This document shows, one piece after another, positions 30,138 through 39,899 of a DNA stretch of 64,000 nt. Source of the DNA: a virus; the IMG/VR virus record IMGVR_UViG_3300033146_003848, positions 82,141-146,140 of that record. One strand, given 5' to 3'. The translations under genes were made by a program, and so were the position numbers. Below the pieces are notes generated by a model that saw only the letters and a list, made by a program, of their open reading frames with translations, was not told the origin of the DNA and ran no database searches. Numbering within the stretch: position 1 is the stretch's first letter; each line of letters starts with the position of its first letter.

Positions 30138-30362
30138 ATGACTAATGCAGAAATTAAACAAGTACTTAATGAAAAAATGGAATTGATGGAACGCCACTAC
30201 AAGAACAGACTTATTACCGAGGAAGTGTGGAAAGAAGTACTAATCATGGACAATTACTATAAGAAAATTGTAAAGAATTACGCCTTCGCACTTCGTCAAC
30301 GCCAAAAACAAATTGAAGAAACGTATGATCCTAGAAGTCGTAAGAAAAGTAATGAAATATAG
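30138..30362 (+). CDS. hypothetical protein (inverted cassette)
   Basis: AAGGAG RBS; only + strand gene in the - strand block. Confidence 0.7.
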   Translation: MTNAEIKQVLNEKMELMERHYKNRLITEEVWKEVLIMDNYYKKIVKNYAFALRQRQKQIEETYDPRSRKKSNEI

Positions 30363-30366
30363 TAAA

Positions 30367-30564
30367 TTATATAACGATTAATTCTAAAAGTCCACACTTA
30401 ATTATCCCAGAAGTCAACGTCATATTTGGTATATTCATTTGACTATTAATTGTTTGATCGATGGCTTCACTTAAGTCCTTTGTGTTTATGTTAATTGTTT
30501 TGTTTGATACCATCACTTTATCATTGACTTGGAAAGTCCTTTTGACTAATAGGCTAAATTGCAT
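30367..30564 (-). CDS. hypothetical protein
   Basis: GGGAG RBS. Confidence 0.55.
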   Translation of the reverse strand: MQFSLLVKRTFQVNDKVMVSNKTININTKDLSEAIDQTINSQMNIPNMTLTSGIIKCGLLELIVI

Positions 30565-30739
30565 CCTTGATTCTCCCTGTTTCCTTGAATTGTAAGTACT
30601 TTTTAATATCATTGATGGTGATATGGTCAAGTATACCATAGGCATTCTTTGTATTCATTGTTCCGGACCCTTCAATTAACGTTGTTGTTGCCAACATTAT
30701 TTGATTTAATTGGGTATCATTCATTTTATTTTGTTGCAT
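30554..30739 (-). CDS. hypothetical protein
   Basis: AGGAGG RBS. Confidence 0.6.
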   Translation of the reverse strand: MQQNKMNDTQLNQIMLATTTLIEGSGTMNTKNAYGILDHITINDIKKYLQFKETGRIKDAI

Positions 30740-30752
30740 AATTTCCTCCTTT

Positions 30753-31004
30753 TTAATATATTAAGTGACCATTTTTAAGGCGATGAATAAATTCTTTCAT
30801 TGCATTAGTGATGGTTTTTACTTCAATTTTTTCTGTCTCAGTCCATTCATCAGTAATATCCTTGATTAACAAGTCTACGTTTCCCTCTTCATCACTCAAT
30901 TGGTGATAATATGCAAACAAGAATGACTTGGCATCATATGAGAATTTTGTGTCCCTTAATTTCTTCAAGAAAGTCCTTTTAGTCGTTGTTGTTTTAAATA
31001 ACAT
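30753..31004 (-). CDS. hypothetical protein
   Basis: GGAGG RBS. Confidence 0.65.
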   Translation of the reverse strand: MLFKTTTTKRTFLKKLRDTKFSYDAKSFLFAYYHQLSDEEGNVDLLIKDITDEWTETEKIEVKTITNAMKEFIHRLKNGHLIY

Positions 31005-31017
31005 AATGACCTCCATT

Positions 31018-31263
31018 TTAAATTGTTCCCTTCACGTACTCAGTGAAGGAGAATGCAAATATTTCTGATTCATTGGCATCATCCAATGAATATACTTCTA
31101 GGCTTTCCAAGAAGTCAATCACTTCTTCTTCCCCATACTTTTCACCATACACTTCACAAATGGAATCGGCAATACTTTCCAATTCATAAACCTCATTGAC
31201 TTCCACACAGTGACAGTAATGTCCATTCCTTTCCTCAAGTACTTCTTCGAAAATCATATTCAT
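31018..31263 (-). CDS. very acidic small protein
   Basis: AAGGAG RBS; Glu-rich. Confidence 0.7.
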   Translation of the reverse strand: MNMIFEEVLEERNGHYCHCVEVNEVYELESIADSICEVYGEKYGEEEVIDFLESLEVYSLDDANESEIFAFSFTEYVKGTI

Positions 31264-31342
31264 TTTATTCTCCTTCAAATTGTTATTCTCATCATAATGC
31301 AAGGATCATTCCACTATTGAAATGACCCTTCGTTGTTGTACC

Positions 31343-31501
31343 CTAATTATACTTTCTGACCATTTCTTCGATGATCATTTTAATCGTCCTTGTTTCCTCT
31401 TCAGACTCCTTTGTCTTGGTGATGATTGCAAAGTGGCTTAATTTATCATACTCGTCTAATGAGTATGCGACTTTGTGGTTTTGAATCGTTGTTGTTAACA
31501 T
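31343..31501 (-). CDS. 52-aa hypothetical protein (not in ORF track)
   Basis: GGAGG RBS directly after the promoter-hairpin cassette. Confidence 0.6.
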   Translation of the reverse strand: MLTTTIQNHKVAYSLDEYDKLSHFAIITKTKESEEETRTIKMIIEEMVRKYN

Positions 31502-31596
31502 GATAGCCTCCGTTTTAAGTAATCAATAATCAATTGATAGTAACACTATTGTTACTATCATAATACTAGTATAACATATAATATCAACCAAGTCAA
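31499..31596 (-). promoter_or_regulatory. early promoter + ATAG-loop hairpin + RBS
   Basis: TTGACTTGG..TGTTATACT; TGATAGTAACA-ATAG-TGTTACTATCA. Confidence 0.85.
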
Positions 31597-31829
31597 TTAC
31601 TTTTGTTGATATACTCTAAAAAATTAATTGACACTTGCCCATATTGAATGTCGCAGACTCCGTCTCCTATTAACGCCTCTCTGTGATACTTGTCGACTAC
31701 TTCACCATCATGCCTCACTATTTGGTTAATAAATTCATTTTCTGCGGCATCCCTATCGTGAAAGTCAAACACGAATTGGTCATTCACTTGATTTTTATAC
31801 GTTACGGTTACAACAATTACTTTCATCAT
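31593..31829 (-). CDS. hypothetical protein
   Basis: AAGGAG RBS in cassette. Confidence 0.7.
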   Translation of the reverse strand: MMKVIVVTVTYKNQVNDQFVFDFHDRDAAENEFINQIVRHDGEVVDKYHREALIGDGVCDIQYGQVSINFLEYINKSN

Positions 31830-31922
31830 AAGTCTCCTTTCTTCTAAATTAATAATCAATTGAAAGTAACACTATTGATACTTTCATAATACTAGTATAA
31901 CATATAATATTAGCCAAGTCAA
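31824..31922 (-). promoter_or_regulatory. promoter-hairpin-RBS cassette, identical to 32257-32355
   Basis: about 99-bp direct repeat. Confidence 0.85.
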
Positions 31923-32031
31923 TTAATTTATGTTTGAAGTAAAAAAATTCAAATAAGTGTTACTTTTCTTTGATTGTTTTTGATTGTCTGGGACTTGATT
32001 TTTGAGTAATATTGAAGTACTTTACTTTATG

Positions 32032-32262
32032 TTATTGATACTTTTCGAAAATAGGAAGTGAGACTTCATTACCGTGTATTACACTATCATCATAATTCAA
32101 GGAGTCCGAATACACTTTGTTATTAATAAGGGCCATTCTTCGTCGTCGGTTCTTTTCCATATTAATGATGAAATTATTTCCCCTCACTTTCCATTCATCA
32201 TTGGTTAACCTCATTTGATTCACCAATATCATCAAGTCTTTTCTTTTAGGCATTACCATCAT
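32032..32262 (-). CDS. hypothetical protein
   Basis: AAGGAG RBS in cassette. Confidence 0.65.
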   Translation of the reverse strand: MMVMPKRKDLMILVNQMRLTNDEWKVRGNNFIINMEKNRRRRMALINNKVYSDSLNYDDSVIHGNEVSLPIFEKYQ

Positions 32263-32355
32263 AAGTCTCCTTTCTTCTAAATTAATAATCAATTGAAAGT
32301 AACACTATTGATACTTTCATAATACTAGTATAACATATAATATTAGCCAAGTCAA
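32257..32355 (-). promoter_or_regulatory. promoter-hairpin-RBS cassette
   Basis: copy of 31824-31922. Confidence 0.85.
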
Positions 32356-32439
32356 CGTTATATGAAAGTATTTTTTGATGATCGGTTAGGTACCTAACCA
32401 ATGGAGAGGGCCCAAGTAGGACGGTTGAAAGTCACCTCA

Positions 32440-32471
32440 GAAACCGGCACTCTGTGACGAGTGCCGGTTTC
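32440..32471 (-). terminator. GC-rich stem-loop
   Basis: GAAACCGGCACTC-TGTGAC-GAGTGCCGGTTTC. Confidence 0.65.
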
Positions 32472-32472
32472 C

Positions 32473-32754
32473 CTATCCCGTTATATACTCAATTCCATGG
32501 CTCTCACAATGACACTTTTGACTAGAGTCGTTCGCCTCATATATGTCATCACCACTCACTTCTACTGAGTCAGTGGACTTATAATAGTATATGTAATTAG
32601 CCTTCATTGTCGCACTCTCCCAATTCCACTTATTAATAATGGTCAGGAAGTCTTCTACTTTAAAACACCACACTTTTTGTTCTAACCCTCGATTATAGTA
32701 AGTGAATTCCCTATAATTACATAAGTACATTGCATCTGCCTTTGATATTAACAT
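32473..32754 (-). CDS. hypothetical protein
   Basis: GGGAG RBS. Confidence 0.65.
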   Translation of the reverse strand: MLISKADAMYLCNYREFTYYNRGLEQKVWCFKVEDFLTIINKWNWESATMKANYIYYYKSTDSVEVSGDDIYEANDSSQKCHCESHGIEYITG

Positions 32755-33146
32755 TAGTGTCTCCCATGTCGTCTGTTATCAAGCCTCATTTGTTCCGTTT
32801 TTAATATTACTTTATTCATTAACCATACAGGAATTGTTAGTATTCCACCCAATATCACGTTGAAGGTTGACGTAAACAAAAACAAATTGAACCAAGGAAT
32901 TTCAAAGAAAGGAGTATGATAGTGTGTTCCAACAATTAAAACGCCAAAGTATGCCGCAGAAAACGTTCCTGAAATAATATAGGGCAATGGTCCTGCAATA
33001 AGTATTATTATCATTGCCCAAAGTCCCATATATATATTCCAATCGTCTAATGGAATACCACTAAATGCACCTGTTGATAAGTACACGTATGGTCCCAAAA
33101 TTATTAATATTGCAATTAGTCGCCATTTGATAAAGTCCCACATCAC
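32754..33146 (-). CDS. multi-pass membrane protein
   Basis: about four hydrophobic helices. Confidence 0.7.
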   Translation of the reverse strand: MMWDFIKWRLIAILIILGPYVYLSTGAFSGIPLDDWNIYMGLWAMIIILIAGPLPYIISGTFSAAYFGVLIVGTHYHTPFFEIPWFNLFLFTSTFNVILGGILTIPVWLMNKVILKTEQMRLDNRRHGRH

Positions 33147-33216
33147 TTTCTCCGTTTTCTAATTGGAGGTCGTTTTTTGAATAAGTCTAGTAAAGTCTTT
33201 TTGCGTGGCCTATTTC

Positions 33217-33447
33217 TCATAATATTCTCCTTTTATGTAAGTCGTCCTTATTGAATTTAATAATTCTACCTCCGACTTTCTGATGTCGGTAGTGAATTTC
33301 TTCATTAAGGAGAACCAAGTCTTCCATAGTGTGATTTTTTGCCTGTAATACTTTTTCGATTGCCTCGTGCAAGTCGTCTGTATTGACTTGCACTATTTCA
33401 CAGGTTTCCAATAAGTCGTATTGTTTTTTAATTTCCAATTCAATCAT
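33217..33447 (-). CDS. hypothetical protein
   Basis: overlaps upstream stop. Confidence 0.6.
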   Translation of the reverse strand: MIELEIKKQYDLLETCEIVQVNTDDLHEAIEKVLQAKNHTMEDLVLLNEEIHYRHQKVGGRIIKFNKDDLHKRRIL

Positions 33448-33644
33448 AATATTCCCATGCCTTTTAATTCACACTTGATTTTCGCAGGTACTTCAGAGAG
33501 TGATACTTTGGTTTCCATCACTTTCCAATAAGTGCAACGACCATACTCATACATTTCTCTCATAGTCTCGTCTGCCTCTTCTTGATTGTTGTAATAGCCG
33601 ATTCCAATGATTCCAATTAAGGCGATAAGTAATACTTTCTTCAT
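33444..33644 (-). CDS. small signal-anchored protein
   Basis: MKKVLLIALIGIIGIGYY. Confidence 0.65.
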   Translation of the reverse strand: MKKVLLIALIGIIGIGYYNNQEEADETMREMYEYGRCTYWKVMETKVSLSEVPAKIKCELKGMGIL

Positions 33645-33751
33645 AATAGTCTCCGATTTTAAAGTCTTCTCTGACTTAAAAATTAATAAAACAAACAATC
33701 AATATCGATTGTTTATATATATAGTATAACATATAAAAGTAGCCAAGTCAA
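33642..33751 (-). promoter_or_regulatory. early promoter + two-hairpin leader
   Basis: same leader family as 24091, 28156, 34316. Confidence 0.85.
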
Positions 33752-34101
33752 TTAATTATTGAGAATTGTGATGATGGTGTCGCATTATCAATACCATTCT
33801 CATTCAAACAATTTGAACAATCAGAACACTCTTGGCAATTATCACAATTTAAACACCATTGACAATACGAAAGGCTCGTGCAATCGGTACAGTCATATGA
33901 ATATGATACATTTTTACAATTGATGAGCCTTGTCGAGTAATAACAATGGTGACTTCTTGTGCAGTCAGTGCAATTGGTGCAATCAGTACAATTGTCTAAT
34001 GAAGAAGACTTCTTAATTGCCTCTTCTTCAGTGCAGTCTGACCATTTGTTGTTGTTCTCGTCTTGCCAATATTCCACGTGGTTCAATATTACTTTTTTCA
34101 T
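33748..34101 (-). CDS. Cys-repeat protein, paralog 4
   Basis: YWQDENNNKWSDCTEEEAIKKS + Cys run; AAGGAG RBS. Confidence 0.75.
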   Translation of the reverse strand: MKKVILNHVEYWQDENNNKWSDCTEEEAIKKSSSLDNCTDCTNCTDCTRSHHCYYSTRLINCKNVSYSYDCTDCTSLSYCQWCLNCDNCQECSDCSNCLNENGIDNATPSSQFSIIN

Positions 34102-34102
34102 T

Positions 34103-34318
34103 TTATTCTCCTTTTGTTGTTCGTACTTCATACTTCCCATTTGATGAGAAGTGATTGGCAATACTTTCCACCACTTCGTCTTCTGTGTTACCAATTGCCC
34201 AAGAGTCTAAGTCCTTCACGTATGCCCAATATTCACCGTCTCTAAAAACAGTATCGACACTGAATCTTTCAAACACATACTTCGCATTTTTCACAAGGAC
34301 TTCAAAATTAATTCTCAT
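34103..34318 (-). CDS. hypothetical protein
   Basis: CGGAG RBS in leader. Confidence 0.65.
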   Translation of the reverse strand: MRINFEVLVKNAKYVFERFSVDTVFRDGEYWAYVKDLDSWAIGNTEDEVVESIANHFSSNGKYEVRTTKGE

Positions 34319-34425
34319 AATAGTCTCCGATTTTAAAGTCTTTACTGACTTAACAATTAATAAAACAAACAATCAATATCGATTGTTTATAATACTACTA
34401 TAACATTTAAATGAAACCATGTCAA
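34316..34425 (-). promoter_or_regulatory. early promoter + two-hairpin leader
   Basis: TTGACATGG..TGTTATAGT. Confidence 0.85.
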
Positions 34426-34947
34426 GACTTTTTAATATCATTTTATCATTATTTTACCCTCATTGAAACCATTGCAATTTCATTTCAAGTCAATATGGAA
34501 CCTTGTATCAATAAACAAGTGAGGACTTCAGTAATAATGAAATGAATTGAACCGGTGTTGATTCTGAGTCAAAATGATATCACTAATACTTTACTATTCA
34601 AAAATTGTTTTCGTTGCAAATATCATAAAAGGATCACTTGAAAATGAAATAGGATGAAATGAATTGAAAGTGAAACAAAATGAAGTAGGGTTAATTAAAG
34701 TGAGACTGAAGTGGAGGGAATTTGTATTTGATACTGATTGACTTCGGTTGGTAATATTTCAATTGCAACCTCGTTAGGGTTTAACCGTCCCGATTGATAT
34801 GATACCTCAATATTGAATTTAATTAGGTGGAATCCAAGTATGAACCCTAAATGAGGATGGTTACCAAAAAGGACGGTACAGTGTAAATTGAAAATAAACC
34901 CTTAATTTTTTTAAGTGTCCATCGTTGATATTATTATTACTACTTCC

Positions 34948-35220
34948 TTAAATTGTTTCTAAGTCAAATTTAAGTGAAGTAGTGTTTTTTATATATTCAT
35001 AAAATTTATACGACCCTGTTGATAGTAGAGACGATATTAATGATGATGATATTTCAATATTACTTGTATCAATTAAAAACATGAATAATTGATACTCTTC
35101 TGTCTCGGTCAAATCAGTATCAGACTGAGCCAAAATCATGAGGGTTTGGGTAAGTGTGGAATTGATAAAAAGTGATCTGAAGTCTTTTTCTGATACTTTA
35201 CAATCGTTTATAATAATCAT
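34948..35220 (-). CDS. cassette protein, paralog of 37044-37445
   Basis: shared LA.S.T.L.E..EY.LF..LID and SYKFYEY.K....LKFD..TI. Confidence 0.75.
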   Translation of the reverse strand: MIIINDCKVSEKDFRSLFINSTLTQTLMILAQSDTDLTETEEYQLFMFLIDTSNIEISSSLISSLLSTGSYKFYEYIKNTTSLKFDLETI

Positions 35221-35331
35221 TTTCTTTTCCTGTTTTTAAAGTCTCTACTGACTAAAAAATTAATAAGAACACAAACAATTAATATCAATTGTTTATAATA
35301 CTAGTATAACACTTAAATGAGACCTTGTCAA
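35218..35331 (-). promoter_or_regulatory. early promoter + two-hairpin leader
   Basis: TTGACAAGG..TGTTATACT; AGTCAGTAGAGACT; AGGAAA RBS. Confidence 0.8.
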
Positions 35332-35548
35332 TTCCATTTCAAATTAATTTTATAAAAAAAAAGAAATATACTTACTTCAAATAGTCTCATATTCAATCGA
35401 GATCAAACGATATGGAAAAATGAATAGTAAAGTATATACTTGAAATAAAAAATGATTATTATCAAAACACAATAGGTCTCAATGTTATTTTATTCAATCA
35501 ATACCTTCCCTAATTTATATCGTCCATTTAGGACGGTTCCCAACCATA

Positions 35549-35714
35549 ATAGGTCGTCACTAAAGTAAAATTGAACCTCGATGAGAATTAATGATTCCCA
35601 AATAGGACGGTACAGAGACATTGACCTCGATAGGTCGTCACTAAAGTAAAATTGAACCTCGATGAGAATTAATGATTCCCAAATAGGACGGTACAGAGAC
35701 GATTCGACCTCGAT
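35549..35714. repeat. 2 x 81-bp tandem repeat (TAGGACGG island)
   Basis: units start at 35549 and 35630. Confidence 0.9.
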
Positions 35715-35731
35715 AGGGAATAGTATTATAT

Positions 35732-35765
35732 AAAAAAAAGTAGTTGCTATTCGCAACTACTTTTT
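35732..35765. terminator. bidirectional terminator, repeated 4 times
   Basis: AAAAGTAGTTGC-TATTC-GCAACTACTTTT; also at ~36993, ~38198, ~39292. Confidence 0.85.
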
Positions 35766-35774
35766 ATCAAATAT

Positions 35775-36233
35775 CTAACGCTTCACAAGTTCTGCAATAT
35801 TTTCTAGTTTTGAAAAATGTGACATCTCATCAAAATGTATATTCAATAGTGAGTTTGTGATTAATAAAGCAATCTCTAAAGCATTTTGTTCCAGATCATC
35901 AAAATGATTTAGAATAAAATTTAAATCATCAAAACTTTCATATTCCAATGCTAGTTTTAATTCTTGAATTCGAAATTTAAAATCTCTTTTTCCCAGTTCC
36001 TCTGCTTCGTCGGCAATTCCCGCAACATCAATTATATGAAAAAGAAATATTGCTTTTTCTTCAATTGAATATTCATGTTTTCTTGAGTCAATAAAAGCAA
36101 GCGTAAAATCAAAATCTTTTGTATACTCATCTATAGCATACAGTCTCTCTAATTCAGTATCAAATTGTTTTTCAAAAGCAATGTGAAACAATTCATGATC
36201 AATTTCTTTTCCGAACACATTAATTTTTTTCAT
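35775..36233 (-). CDS. acidic cassette protein, paralog of 39343-39813
   Basis: LFH..F.K..D, LFH..D..GI, LA.EY, DL..I shared. Confidence 0.75.
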   Translation of the reverse strand: MKKINVFGKEIDHELFHIAFEKQFDTELERLYAIDEYTKDFDFTLAFIDSRKHEYSIEEKAIFLFHIIDVAGIADEAEELGKRDFKFRIQELKLALEYESFDDLNFILNHFDDLEQNALEIALLITNSLLNIHFDEMSHFSKLENIAELVKR

Positions 36234-36342
36234 GATAATTTTCCTGTTTTTAAAGTCTGTACTGACTAAAAAGTTTAAAAACACAAACAAGCAATATCGA
36301 TTGTTTATAAGTAACTATAACATAAAATAATTCCCGTGTCAA
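36231..36342 (-). promoter_or_regulatory. early promoter + two-hairpin leader
   Basis: TTGACACGGGAA..TGTTATAGT. Confidence 0.85.
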
Positions 36343-36820
36343 TTCTATTTCAAATTATTTTAAATTAAAATTATTTTAAAGTAAAAATATTTTAAAAATA
36401 ATAAAATGATATAATAATAAACAAAATAAACTTACTTCAAATAGTTCCATATTCAATCGAGATCAAACGATATGGAAAAATGAATAGTAAACTATATACT
36501 TAAAAAAAATCAATTATCATAACGAAAAAATAAAATAAAATTTGTCAATTTTATTCATTAAAATTAAAAAAAATAATTATAAATAATTATAAAATCACAA
36601 TAGGCTTCTATATTATTTTATTAGATCGATACCTTCCCTAAATTTATAATTGAATTAAAAAAATGATTCATTTTGTTTCAATAATTATTTAAATCAATTC
36701 ACTAAAGGGAATTTCCATCTTGCATTCGACCGTCCTATTCGGGAATTATATGTTCATATAGGTTTAAATCCATTTAGGACGGTTCCCAACCACGATAGGT
36801 CGTCATTTAAGTAAAATTGA

Positions 36821-36975
36821 ACCTCGATGAGAATTAATGATTCCCAAATAGGACGGTACAGAGACATTGACCTCGATGAGAAATAATGATTCCCAAATAG
36901 GACGGTACAGAGACATTGACCTCGATGAGAAATAATGATTCCCAAATAGGACGGTACAGAGACATTGACCTCGAT
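36821..36975. repeat. 3 x 49-bp tandem repeat (TAGGACGG island)
   Basis: units at 36821, 36870, 36919. Confidence 0.9.
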
Positions 36976-36992
36976 AGGGAATAATATTATAT

Positions 36993-37025
36993 AAAAAAAA
37001 GTAGTTGCTATTCGCAACTACTTTT
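36993..37025. terminator. bidirectional terminator copy
   Basis: same sequence as 35732. Confidence 0.85.
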
Positions 37026-37043
37026 ATCAAATATCTTTCAAAT

Positions 37044-37445
37044 TTATGAAAATTGCAAGATTTCTTCTTTTGTTAAATCACTATTATTTAACATTTCAAC
37101 TAAAATATTTTTATTTAATGTTTTTTTATCAAAATGAATTTGAATAGTTTTTTTATCAAATTTCAAACAACTAATTTTTTTCATATACTCATAAAATTTA
37201 TATGAAGTTTGTAGTAAATTCGCTAGAAGTTCCATTGCAATTTTTTTATTTTCAATATCAATATTAGTATCATTATTAAGTTCCTCAAACGCTCTTTTAT
37301 GCATATCAATTAATGATTTAAATAAATCATACTCTTGATCTTCATTTAATCTAGTTTTTGATTTTGCTAAAAAAAGTACACTATCACTTAAAGTTGCATC
37401 AAAAATTTGTTCAAATTCATACGATGTTAATTTAATTTTTTTCAT
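37044..37445 (-). CDS. cassette protein, paralog of 34948-35220
   Basis: 133 aa; no Gly, Pro or Trp. Confidence 0.75.
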   Translation of the reverse strand: MKKIKLTSYEFEQIFDATLSDSVLFLAKSKTRLNEDQEYDLFKSLIDMHKRAFEELNNDTNIDIENKKIAMELLANLLQTSYKFYEYMKKISCLKFDKKTIQIHFDKKTLNKNILVEMLNNSDLTKEEILQFS

Positions 37446-37553
37446 GATAATTTTCCTGTTTTTAAAGTCTGTACTGACAAAATTAATAAAAAAACAAACA
37501 ATCAATATCGATTGTTTATAAGTAACTATAACACATAAATTTTCCCGTGTCAA
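37443..37553 (-). promoter_or_regulatory. early promoter + two-hairpin leader
   Basis: near-identical to 38583-38695. Confidence 0.85.
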
Positions 37554-38005
37554 TTCTATTTTAAATTAATTTAAATTAAAACTATTTTAATTCTATTCTA
37601 TTATATTATATTATATTCTATTTTAAAACAATTAAAATGGAAATTGTTTTACTTTCATTTTAATGATACTTCAAATAGTTCCATATTCAATCGAGATCAA
37701 ACGATATTCAAAAACTAATAGTAAAGGAAAGACTTGAAAAAATCAATTGACATAACGAAAAAATAAAATAAAATTTGTCAATTTTATTCCTTAAAATTAA
37801 AAAAAAATAACTATAAAATAATTTTAAAATCACAATAGGCTTCTATATTATTTTATTAGATCGATACCTTCCCTAATTTAAACTCACTTAAAAAATGATT
37901 CATCTTGTTTCAATAAGTATCAACATAAATCAGTCGAGGGAATTTCCATCTTGCATTCGACCGTCCTATTCGGGAATTATATGTTCATATAGGTTTGACT
38001 CCATC

Positions 38006-38160
38006 TAGGACGGCTCCCAACCACGATAGGTCGTCACTAAAGTAAAATCAAACCGTGATGATAAATATAATTCCCAAATAGGACGGTTCCCAACCACGAT
38101 AGGTCGTCACTAAAGTAAAATCAAACCATGATGATAAATATAATTCCCAAATAGGACGGT
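38006..38160. repeat. 2 x 73-bp tandem repeat (TAGGACGG island)
   Basis: TAGGACGG at 38006, 38079, 38152. Confidence 0.9.
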
Positions 38161-38197
38161 ACAGAGACATTGACCTCGATAGGGAATAGTATTATAT

Positions 38198-38231
38198 AAA
38201 AAAAAGTAGTTGCTATTCGCAACTACTTTTT
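38198..38231. terminator. bidirectional terminator copy
   Basis: same sequence as 35732. Confidence 0.85.
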
Positions 38232-38246
38232 GTCAAAATCTTGAAA

Positions 38247-38585
38247 TTAAAAATCAAAATTCTCTTTGATTATAAGTTTAAATTCGTCAATGTTTCTATC
38301 ATCATCATATGAAAATTGAAACTTTACTTTTGTAAGATCAAAATCATCATCATTAACTATTATTTCATATGATTCTACTTTCAAAGAATCTAAAGTTATC
38401 ATATGAAAATTTTTGAGACACTGAAAATAAATAAAATTTCTGATAATTTCTGAATTTAGATCAATTTCAGAAATTATCATTTCCTCAATATCATTTTTAT
38501 GATAATCTCTGCAAGCGTTATTTTCTGATAACGCGAATTGGGAAATGAAATTGAAATACATTGTAACAGTTGTTGATTTTTTCAT
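38247..38585 (-). CDS. acidic cassette protein
   Basis: 112 aa; no Gly, Pro or Trp. Confidence 0.75.
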   Translation of the reverse strand: MKKSTTVTMYFNFISQFALSENNACRDYHKNDIEEMIISEIDLNSEIIRNFIYFQCLKNFHMITLDSLKVESYEIIVNDDDFDLTKVKFQFSYDDDRNIDEFKLIIKENFDF

Positions 38586-38695
38586 GATAATTTTCCTGTT
38601 TTTAAAGTCTCTACTGACTAAAAAGTTTAAAAAAAACAAACAATCAATATCGATTGTTTATAAGTAACTATAACACATAAATTTTCCCGTGTCAA
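38583..38695 (-). promoter_or_regulatory. early promoter + two-hairpin leader
   Basis: TTGACACGGGAA..TGTTATAGT. Confidence 0.85.
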
Positions 38696-39291
38696 TTCTA
38701 TTTTAAATTAATTTAAATTAAAACTGTTTTAATTCTATTTTATTTTATTCCATTTTAAAACAATTAAAATGGAAACTGTTTTACTTTCATTTTAATGATA
38801 CTTAAATAGTTCCATATTCAATCGAGATCAAACGATATAGAAAAATGAATAGTAAACTATATACTTAAAAAAATCAATTATCATAACAAAAAAATAAAAA
38901 TAAAATTGTCAATTTTATTTTAATATTTGATATTTAAAATCAAAAAAATCTATTATATATACTATCGGGAATATATATATATTCAAAAAAAAAATCAAAA
39001 ATTAAGTGAGATAAAATCAAAAAAAATCAAAACAAAAATACTTCTAAGTTTTCAAAAACAATGTAGACATATCGGGAATTTCTTTGCGAAATGATACCCG
39101 CCCTCATTTCAATTAATGAAAATCAACCCTATCCTATTTCAAAAAAATATGAAACAAAATCGGGAAGGTACCTGCCCTATAATATCTAAATACTCCCGAA
39201 TAGGACGGTACAAAGTGAAAGTGAAAGAGAAAGCCAGATTTTCATTTTGAAGTCAATTCCGTTGTCAAAAAATTGACACTAGGAATACGAT

Positions 39292-39322
39292 AAAAAGTAG
39301 TTGCTATTCGCAACTACTTTTT
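39292..39322. terminator. bidirectional terminator copy
   Basis: same sequence as 35732. Confidence 0.85.
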
Positions 39323-39342
39323 GTCAAAATCTTGGAATTATA

Positions 39343-39813
<471 letters not shown>

Positions 39814-39899
39814 GATAATTTTCCTGTTTTTAAAGTCTATACTGACTATTAGTTTTAAAAAGAAACTGTTTTAAACTATTTTAAAACAGTTTAAAAAAC

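Noticed and set aside
35490-37030. ORFs 35490-35756, 36754-37017 and 36803-37030
   Set aside because: They start in or across terminators, lack an SD and only translate the tandem repeats
35549-38185. CRISPR-like mini-arrays in the TAGGACGG islands
   Set aside because: The intervening sequences are themselves repeated, so these are plain tandem duplications
33444-38639. Extended N-termini given in the ORF track (MFVLL.., MFFLNF.., MTRENL..)
   Set aside because: These read through the conserved leader; the SD-preceded ATGs lie downstream
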